From Myxococcota bacterium (GTDB taxonomy: Bacteria > Myxococcota_A > Polyangia > Polyangiales > Houyiibacteriaceae), in the NCBI GenBank assembly GCA_039030515.1, contig JBCCEA010000050.1, positions 1 through 23,372 on the forward strand: a stretch of DNA of 23,372 bases, written 5' to 3'. Under the pieces are notes generated by a model. It saw only the letters and a program-made list of their open reading frames with translations, ran no database searches and had not been told where the DNA came from. Within the stretch, counting starts at the first letter, position 1, and each line of letters opens with the position of its first letter. Made by a program: the position numbers and the translations under genes. Positions 16,803-23,372 of this stretch are shown one piece after another.

Positions 16803-18162
16803 TCTAGGCCCCATCGATCAAAACGAGGAAACCCTATTTCAGCACCTGGCCGAGGAGCTTTTGCTGCGACTCTTCGTCCTGGTGAAGTTGGCGCTTGTAC
16901 ACCGAATGGACAACAAAGCCGTCACACCGGCGCTGCAGAGGTTCCGAGAAGCGCTGACCACCTATCAAAAGGAGATCGAGGGAGATGTTGCAGTGCAAAT
17001 GGTCGATGACGCCGTGTACATCAACTACCGTCTGGTGCGCGCAAGTCTAGATACGTACGAGCGAGCTAGTTTTCTCAAGGTGTTCTTCTCCCGCATGGGA
17101 GTTCATGAGATCAGTTTTATCTCCAAGGTGGAAGACAAAGCACTGCGTGATTTCCTGCAGGCCGTCCGTGCGGTCTCGCTCGATGCAGATGAAGCCGACA
17201 AGGTTCGCGCACGCAAGTTCAAGGGCATCCAATTTCGCGAGCTTAAGGCCATGGGAATTGGAGCCCAGGAAGCCATGGTGCTTCCCAACCGGATTCGGGT
17301 CATTCGCGCCTACGGCGTGCTGGTGATCACGATACGTGAGCTCTTGGCGGCGCTTGCAAACCAAGAGCAGATTCGACTGCTGGCCTTTCGACGCGCGATA
17401 CAGGACCTCGCCCGCCTGCCTGAAGAAACGAAACCACTGCAGCTCGGCCTGCTCAGTCTTGAGCACTATCACGGCAAAGCCGAAAGCCGCCTTGCGAATG
17501 TCGCTCTGCTCGCGATGATGATGGGGCGCCGGCTTCAGCTTCTGCCGTCAAAGCTCAGAGACCTTGGCACCGCAGCGGCACTGGGCCTTATCGGTAGGGC
17601 CGTGCGCCCAGAATTTCTTTTTGCATCAGCAGAAGAGGTTGCTCAGGCAGACGCGTTCTTAAAGGGCATTCGCCAAATTGCACCCTATTTTGGCCAAGGC
17701 CGAGCAGTATCGCTACGCATCGTCGTCGCTGCCGATCAACAAACCGCGGAAGGACGTCGCAACGGACACCCAGTCTCTCGAATCGCGGCGGTCGCCGATC
17801 GATACGATATCTGGACCCAACCCGAGCCTTTTGGACTGGGCCTCCGACCAGATATGGCGCTGCATCGCCTGCTGGAAACCCGGGACCTTGATCCAACCGC
17901 CACCAAGTTGCTGGTTCAAACCTTGGGACTCTTCCCGGTAGGGTCCACGGTCAAGCTCTCAAGCGGTCACACCGCGATTGTCGTCGATACAAGCTCCAAT
18001 CCAGAATACCTCGCCTCTCCAAAGGTCATGATCATAGCGGACGACGCTGGAAACCCCTGTCAGCGCCAATCACTCGATCTCGCCACATCGGAGGTGCAGA
18101 TTCTCGGCACCGTCGAAGCAAAATCGGTGAATCTGAACGTAGGTCACTTTCTCTTCTCTTGA
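16795..18162 (+). CDS. HD-GYP-like protein, apparently degenerate (no HD dyad, no GYP)
   Basis: 'NVALLAMMMGRRL...DLGTAAALGLIG', 'SRIAAVADRYD' and C-terminal 'LGLFPVGSTVKLSSGHTAIVV...P' match the HD-GYP scaffold. Overlaps the HEAT gene by 8 nt (ATGCATGA). Confidence 0.8.
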   Translation: MHDLGPIDQNEETLFQHLAEELLLRLFVLVKLALVHRMDNKAVTPALQRFREALTTYQKEIEGDVAVQMVDDAVYINYRLVRASLDTYERASFLKVFFSRMGVHEISFISKVEDKALRDFLQAVRAVSLDADEADKVRARKFKGIQFRELKAMGIGAQEAMVLPNRIRVIRAYGVLVITIRELLAALANQEQIRLLAFRRAIQDLARLPEETKPLQLGLLSLEHYHGKAESRLANVALLAMMMGRRLQLLPSKLRDLGTAAALGLIGRAVRPEFLFASAEEVAQADAFLKGIRQIAPYFGQGRAVSLRIVVAADQQTAEGRRNGHPVSRIAAVADRYDIWTQPEPFGLGLRPDMALHRLLETRDLDPTATKLLVQTLGLFPVGSTVKLSSGHTAIVVDTSSNPEYLASPKVMIIADDAGNPCQRQSLDLATSEVQILGTVEAKSVNLNVGHFLFS

Positions 18163-18416
18163 GCTTGATTTTCGATAGAGCACTGTTGTCCAGAGCCGGT
18201 CTTCCTTGCCAGCAACGATTCACGCCTCTAGCCCGGATCGATCACCAGGGTTGACAACTTCCTTGGAATTTTTGGTATCGGACCCGCGTTCTCCTAAGTA
18301 AAATCCAACACCTAGGGCGACGGTCGTCACCGGGAGATCGCGGTAAGAACCCGGGCGCATCCATGCGTTCCGCACCGACCACGCGATGCGAGCAGACCCC
18401 GTTCACTGCATTTTGC

Positions 18417-21400
18417 TCACTGCATTTTCGCGAGCGCAGCGGTATTCATAGCCAGGCCCTCTCGCCAACCTGCGCGTCTCGAAGCGTCGTAACCATTTTG
18501 CAGCAGCGTTCGAGCGCGTTCGGGTTGACCGACTGAAAGCCACAGCAAAGCGAGATTAAAGGACTGACGCGCGATACCCATTTGATCACCCAAAGCCTCA
18601 CTCTCGCGAAGCGCACGCTCTGTGAAATGAATCGCTCGCTCGTGATCTCCGGTATGGGCATAGGCGCCGCCGAGGTTCCCAAGCAGTCCTGAAGACTGAA
18701 ACCGGTCGCCAATATGCTCCGATATAGACAAAGCTTGTGCAAATATTGCGATCGCCTCGACCATTTTTTGTTCCTGAAGCTTGATGCGCCCGAGACGGTT
18801 GTAGAGCTGTATTCTAAGCGCTAGAAAATCTCTTCCGTCCATTCCATCGATGAGCTCAAGTGCATCCGAGAGCTGCTGATGTGCCTCTTCTGGCTTGCCT
18901 TCACCATCCGCCAGCTCCGCCAGATCCCCGTGCACTTTGGCAGCGTTCAAGCGGAGACCGCGACGACGAGAAAAACTCAAGGAGGCTTCCAGCTCTTCTC
19001 TGGCGGTATCGTAGTCTGACTGCAACATACGCGCTCGACCGTGGAGCCTTAGGAGATCGGCCGAAAGATCCAGCTTCTGAGCCTCTTTTGCAGGCGAAAA
19101 TGCGTATTCGAACAGACGCTCCGCCTCAGAGTAGCGGCCTACATCGATGAGCAACTGACCTAAATCACGAGCCACTCGCGCCGTTTCCACCTCGTAACGA
19201 TCGCCCAGAGTTTGAGCCGCACGCAGAGCAGCTCGATGAAAATACTCTGAAGCCCGCAAAGCGCCCTCGAGATGAAAATAGCTTGCGGCTTGGCGGAGCT
19301 TTGCAAAGGCGTGCCCCACATCTCCCGCGGCCAGGAGATGCTCACCGACTTCACCGAGGTACGCAGGCGTATCTCGATATCGGCGCTGCAGCATATGCGC
19401 GGCTCGGGCATGCAGCGCTCGGAGATCGGACTCAGCCAAAGTCGACAGTACGGCTCGACGTACGATGGTCGAACGAAACTGAAGCCGTCCTGAAGGACTC
19501 CAAACCATAAGCCCGGTATTTTGAAGTTCAGTGAGGCTCTCGTTCGAAGAGGAGGAGATAAGGTCAAGAATCTCTACATCGCGAGGCGATTCCCCGAGTA
19601 CCGCTGCCGCTTGGAGCCCAGACGAAACGTCTTGCGAACACCGCTTGAGCCGATGACCCACAAGCAAGGCGACCGCTTCTTCGATGCGAAGCTCGGCAGC
19701 TTCTTCAAGCAGTTCCAGGGCATCGCAACCGAGAGCCGCAAGTACCTCCTCCACGAGCAGAGGCACGCCACGACTTGCTCGAACCACGATCTTCGCCGTA
19801 TCTCGAGTCAGATCGGGAAGCACCCCCTTGGCAAGCGAAACCAGCTCCCGAGTTTTGAGCGGCGTGAGTTCGATAAGCTGAACGCCCTCCGGTAGCACGA
19901 GAGGCAGTTCAGCTCCGGATCGCATCGAGAGGACCACCGAGATGCCCAACTCTTCCGACATATCCATCAGCCGCGCGGCAAGCGCCAAAGTCAGGTCGTC
20001 CGCCACTTCGAGCTGGTCGAGTACCACCACGGTGGGTTCCTGTTTCCCTCGTCGGCTCAGCCCTTCAAGTGCGGCAGCAAGAAGCCGGGCCTGCCGACGA
20101 TCCCCCCCAAATCCGGCTTCCTGCTGACTGAGACGGCCGAGCAAGACATCGACGATCGAGCGTTCCGTCATGGAAGGCGCACCCTCGCTGTGGCTCCAGC
20201 CGAGCGCCGCAAGCAGGCTCACCGGATGAGCGGGGCCCACCTCCCTTTTCGCGCATGAGGGCAAGACGCACCAAAGCACTCCGATGCGCGCCGCTTGCGA
20301 GATCATCTCTTCCAGTAGGCGCGTCTTGCCGATGCCCGCGGGACCGCGGAGCACCACCACATGATGTTCGGTCGCTGAAGCCGCAAACTCGAGGAGCCGA
20401 CGCAGCTCGTCCTGTCTGCCCGCGAATTCAAGACGTGATCCCATAGCGACCGGTGGAAGCAGGGGATCCGAGAGCGCAAAGGTAGGCTCGTCGATCGAGG
20501 TTGGCGGCTGAACGGGCGCAAGGCGGAGATCGGGCGGGACATAGCGCGCCACCGGCCCCGAGATCAGGATTTGCTCCCTCTTCGCATGGGAGGTAAGCGC
20601 GGAGAGGACGCCCTGGCCTTCGCCGAACAGCTGAAAACGGAACCCCGGACTGGAGGCGCGCCCCTCGCACGAAGCTCGGGCGTCTCGAATCCCGATCGAC
20701 AAGCCCGCCGCCATATCGATCAGCTCCAGGGCACACCGCATCGAATCGGCAGCTGCCTCCGGGATATCCCTGTCGATGCCGAAGATCAGCGTGAAGCGAT
20801 GCTCCTGCTCTTGACCAGAGGCAGCAGCTGTGTGGTTCAAAAGAGCTCCGTGACGTTTGCCAACCGTTTTGATAGAGCGTAGCGCGTCAGAGTCTAAAAC
20901 AGCAATCGAGCATAAAACTACGGGCCGCTCTTCTTTGGCAACCTCGATTCCGCCGGTTCCAAGCGCGTACTGATATTCGTCAGCAACGCCTTCAAAGGCA
21001 TTGTCGAGCGCCTGTTTTAAGGCTTTGGCGCTCGGGTAGCGGTGCACAGGGTCTTTGACCAGTGCGCGTAGAATCACGCGCTCGAGGGGAACGGAAATCC
21101 CGGCGTGCGGATTGCGCCGTCTTGGAGGCTCGGGAGCCACACTCACCTGCTGAGCGAAGATCTGTTGGGCGGTGCCGCGAAAAGGCAAGGTGCCGGTCAT
21201 GCAAAGATAGAGCAGCACCCCGACCTGGTAGACATCGAGTCGCTCGTCCGCGCCATGTCCAAGGATGTACTCGGGAGCCATGTAGGCCGGCGTACCGATC
21301 AGCATCCCCGCACGCGTAAGCCGTTCGCCCTCCGCGCTACCCTGCATCAAGAGCGCGGATCCAAAATCGAGTACTTTGACGAAATCCGCTTCGTCCGGGA

Positions 21401-21875
21401 GATCTAGGAGCATCAAGTTCCCGGGCTTTAGGTCGCGATGCACCACGTTGTTTTGGTGCGCGAGCGAGAGCGCATCACAGACCTGTCCAAAAATGCCCAC
21501 GGTCCGATGCGCGCCCAACACCTGAACGTCCAGGATAACGTCGGTCAGAGAGCGACCTTTTACATACTCCATGACCAAATAAAGCGTGCCGTCGACGTGG
21601 GTGCCAAAATCGAAGACATGGACGATATGCGGATGCCTCAGCGCACTGGTCGCTTTGGCTTCACGCTCAAACCGAGCTCGAAATTGAGGGTCCGCCTGAG
21701 CTCCAACGTGCAACGTCTTGATGCATACTTTACTCCCGAGCGTCGATTGTTCCGCGAGGTAAACCCGGCCCATCCCCCCCTCACCTAGAACCCGCTCGAT
21801 GCGATACTTTCCAGCGATGGAGGCCCCCTCGGGCAGTTCGATCATCGCGGCAGAAGCGTGTTGATCTGGATCCAT
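18417..21875 (-). CDS. Ser/Thr kinase fused to a degenerate class III cyclase-like domain, an AAA/STAND-type ATPase and TPR repeats
   Basis: LGEGGMGRVY, HRDLKPGN, DFG and GTPAYMAPE; 'FAGRQDEL...GPAGIGKTRL...VVVLDQLEVAD'; C-terminal TPR-like helices ('LYNRLGRI', 'LLGNLGGAY', 'SFNLALL'). Confidence 0.9.
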   Translation of the reverse strand: MDPDQHASAAMIELPEGASIAGKYRIERVLGEGGMGRVYLAEQSTLGSKVCIKTLHVGAQADPQFRARFEREAKATSALRHPHIVHVFDFGTHVDGTLYLVMEYVKGRSLTDVILDVQVLGAHRTVGIFGQVCDALSLAHQNNVVHRDLKPGNLMLLDLPDEADFVKVLDFGSALLMQGSAEGERLTRAGMLIGTPAYMAPEYILGHGADERLDVYQVGVLLYLCMTGTLPFRGTAQQIFAQQVSVAPEPPRRRNPHAGISVPLERVILRALVKDPVHRYPSAKALKQALDNAFEGVADEYQYALGTGGIEVAKEERPVVLCSIAVLDSDALRSIKTVGKRHGALLNHTAAASGQEQEHRFTLIFGIDRDIPEAAADSMRCALELIDMAAGLSIGIRDARASCEGRASSPGFRFQLFGEGQGVLSALTSHAKREQILISGPVARYVPPDLRLAPVQPPTSIDEPTFALSDPLLPPVAMGSRLEFAGRQDELRRLLEFAASATEHHVVVLRGPAGIGKTRLLEEMISQAARIGVLWCVLPSCAKREVGPAHPVSLLAALGWSHSEGAPSMTERSIVDVLLGRLSQQEAGFGGDRRQARLLAAALEGLSRRGKQEPTVVVLDQLEVADDLTLALAARLMDMSEELGISVVLSMRSGAELPLVLPEGVQLIELTPLKTRELVSLAKGVLPDLTRDTAKIVVRASRGVPLLVEEVLAALGCDALELLEEAAELRIEEAVALLVGHRLKRCSQDVSSGLQAAAVLGESPRDVEILDLISSSSNESLTELQNTGLMVWSPSGRLQFRSTIVRRAVLSTLAESDLRALHARAAHMLQRRYRDTPAYLGEVGEHLLAAGDVGHAFAKLRQAASYFHLEGALRASEYFHRAALRAAQTLGDRYEVETARVARDLGQLLIDVGRYSEAERLFEYAFSPAKEAQKLDLSADLLRLHGRARMLQSDYDTAREELEASLSFSRRRGLRLNAAKVHGDLAELADGEGKPEEAHQQLSDALELIDGMDGRDFLALRIQLYNRLGRIKLQEQKMVEAIAIFAQALSISEHIGDRFQSSGLLGNLGGAYAHTGDHERAIHFTERALRESEALGDQMGIARQSFNLALLWLSVGQPERARTLLQNGYDASRRAGWREGLAMNTAALAKMQ

Positions 21876-21893
21876 CGTTTCGGGTCGATTTTA

Positions 21894-22991
21894 TCACTCT
21901 CGCTCAGAAACGTCATCGAAGCGGGCATGTCCTGTTTTTTGCAGCAGCCGCTGCGCAGCGTCGATCCCGCTCAAGAACGCAGCCTCTACCCGAGGTCCCC
22001 TAAATCCATCCCCTGCGACCCCGATCCAGGTGTCGTGGATGCGCTGCCAGGGGATGTTCGAGGCCACCTCGGCAACCCGAGCAAACCTCCACCGATGAGC
22101 CGTTTTGAATCGAGGCTCGGCAACGCAGCCTACCAAGCGTCGAAAGTCTTCCAGTAGAGTCTCGAGCGCCTCGCTTGCCGTCAACTCAAGGTGGGCCTGA
22201 GACCACGCTTGACTCGCGTGCAGCACCCAGGTTTCGGGCCCGCTACGTCCGGGTTTGCTGCAGTCGCGAGCGATCCAGTCGATCGACCCGGAGGCGTAGG
22301 CTGCATCCCAGGCGACTGGCAGGGCGGCATCGAAGCCGAGCAGGACCGCCCAGCAAGGCGCATGCGAACCAGTGGCGGCGCGATCGCGAATCGGAGCGAA
22401 CACCGGAGCGTCGACAAGCGCGACCAGCTGCTGCAGCGGGGGAGTGAGCAGTACCCATTCAAAGTTCCCCAGGTCGGTTCCCTCAAACGTTCGAAGGTGC
22501 CCAGGAGACGCTGCATCGAGAGGTGCCACCCGAGTCTCAAGGCGTACGTCCAAAGCGCTTGCAAGATGCTCCGCGATCCCCCGCATTCCGTGCGTACCGA
22601 CGTACCAGCGATCCGCCCGCTTCTTTTCTTTCACCGGTGACGAATCTTTCACCGGTGACGAATCTTTCACCGGTGACGCAGCTGGCTCTCTGAGATCGAC
22701 CCAAGACGCCTCCCAAGGAGCGAGCTGCCCCTGCTCGAGCCAGGACTGAACATGGTGCTCAAAGGCAGGGTCGCGCACCGTCAGATATTGAGCGCCGTGA
22801 TCAAACTGAAATCCCTCCTGCCTTCGGGTGCTGAGCCGCCCACCAACCCGGCGGCCCTTGTCGAACACCTGTACCTCGAGACCGTGGTCGCAGAGCATCT
22901 TCGCCGCGCCAAGTCCGGCAATCCCGGCCCCAACAACCGCAACCCGACCGGGTGCCCTGCATTCCGACCCGCCGCATTCGTTATTCTTCAT
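21894..22991 (-). CDS. NAD(P)/FAD-dependent oxidoreductase, renalase-like
   Basis: VAVVGAGIAG, 'FDKGRRVGGRLSTRR', 'FDHGAQY', 'HRWRFA' and 'AGDG..GPRVEAAFLSG' motifs. Confidence 0.93.
   Translation of the reverse strand: MKNNECGGSECRAPGRVAVVGAGIAGLGAAKMLCDHGLEVQVFDKGRRVGGRLSTRRQEGFQFDHGAQYLTVRDPAFEHHVQSWLEQGQLAPWEASWVDLREPAASPVKDSSPVKDSSPVKEKKRADRWYVGTHGMRGIAEHLASALDVRLETRVAPLDAASPGHLRTFEGTDLGNFEWVLLTPPLQQLVALVDAPVFAPIRDRAATGSHAPCWAVLLGFDAALPVAWDAAYASGSIDWIARDCSKPGRSGPETWVLHASQAWSQAHLELTASEALETLLEDFRRLVGCVAEPRFKTAHRWRFARVAEVASNIPWQRIHDTWIGVAGDGFRGPRVEAAFLSGIDAAQRLLQKTGHARFDDVSERE
22627..22678 (-). repeat. ~2.9 x 18-bp tandem repeat TCTTTCACCGGTGACGAA (SPVKDS on the coding strand)
   Basis: Read directly; each unit contains the palindrome TCACCGGTGA. 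Confidence 0.95.
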
Positions 22992-23036
22992 CCCTCACAT
23001 CATTCTGAAAACAACGACCCGATCGCAAGCAAAACC

Positions 23037-23077
23037 CAAGCGACGAGCACCTTCGGCAAGCAGCTGTTTGGGCCGAC
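23037..23077 (-). repeat. Inverted half-copy of the palindromic module
   Basis: Reverse complement of 23266-23306 at 35/41 positions. Confidence 0.85.
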
Positions 23078-23089
23078 TCACTCACCACA

Positions 23090-23250
23090 CCCCAGGGGGT
23101 CTGAGTTTGTTCAAACAGCCAGCACCCCCCAGCACGCCTCGCTAGGCCTGAACGCCCGCTTTCCTCCCATGCTCGGAACTCGAAGTAGCAGAACTACTCC
23201 TTCGTTCCTGTGCGTGCGGGGCGCTACGCGTTCAAACCCATCGAGACGCG
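23090..23250. repeat. Direct repeat copy 2 (161 bp); partner at 15-175
   Basis: 154/161 identical to 15-175. Confidence 0.95.
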
Positions 23251-23258
23251 ATCCAGCG

Positions 23259-23372
23259 GGCCTATGTCGGCCCAAACAGCTGCTTACCTCCCATGCTCGT
23301 CGCTTGAAGTAGCCACACTACTCCTGCGCTCCCGTGCTTCCGGGGCGCTGGCTGTTTCGACCAACCTAGGCC
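23259..23372. mobile_element. 114-bp MITE/REP-like non-coding element with 22-bp imperfect terminal inverted repeats
   Basis: Left end GGCCTATGTCGGCCCAAACAGC and right end GCTGTTTCGACCAACCTAGGCC are inverted at 18/22. Central hairpin GAAGTAG-ccaca-CTACTCC. Mobility is inferred only, and no transposase is present in the window. Confidence 0.55.

Noticed and set aside
22752..23312. 186-aa plus-strand ORF (and 22828-23145)
   Set aside because: It is antisense to the renalase-like gene, runs through the non-coding repeat, and has no recognisable motifs.
1..23372. Circular plasmid/phage, genomic island or composite transposon
   Set aside because: The end repeats are not an exact terminal overlap. 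No integrase, transposase, replication or phage genes are present, and the cargo includes housekeeping glmU.

Overview
A GC-rich chromosomal segment, most likely from a myxobacterium (Myxococcota). This is inferred from a MYXO-CTERM-like sorting signal, Cys/Asp-rich repeats, two Hanks-type kinases and an MglB-like roadblock protein. There are 12 credible CDSs: roadblock protein (-), ArsA/Get3-like ATPase, GlmU, transglutaminase-like protein (-), RseP-like M50 protease, alpha/beta hydrolase, a giant VWA/Cys-rich/FGE-sulfatase surface protein, a tail-anchored Ser/Thr kinase, a HEAT-repeat protein, a degenerate HD-GYP-like protein, a kinase-cyclase-like-AAA-TPR protein (-) and a renalase-like oxidoreductase (-). 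No rRNA, tRNA, CRISPR, transposase or integrase was seen. Four things stand out. (1) The giant ORF looks like two surface proteins joined in frame: an internal MYXO-CTERM anchor is followed by a basic loop and a second, lipoprotein-type signal peptide. It is either a polyprotein or a 1-nt frameshift fusion. (2) Both window ends are mosaics of an ~110-bp palindromic non-coding module with a covarying central hairpin, and include a 161-bp near-identical direct repeat. (3) Four unrelated genes carry 18-nt in-frame tandem duplications. (4) Several domains appear catalytically dead (HD-GYP, cyclase, transglutaminase Asp->Gly). All calls come from reading motifs by eye; no searches were run.
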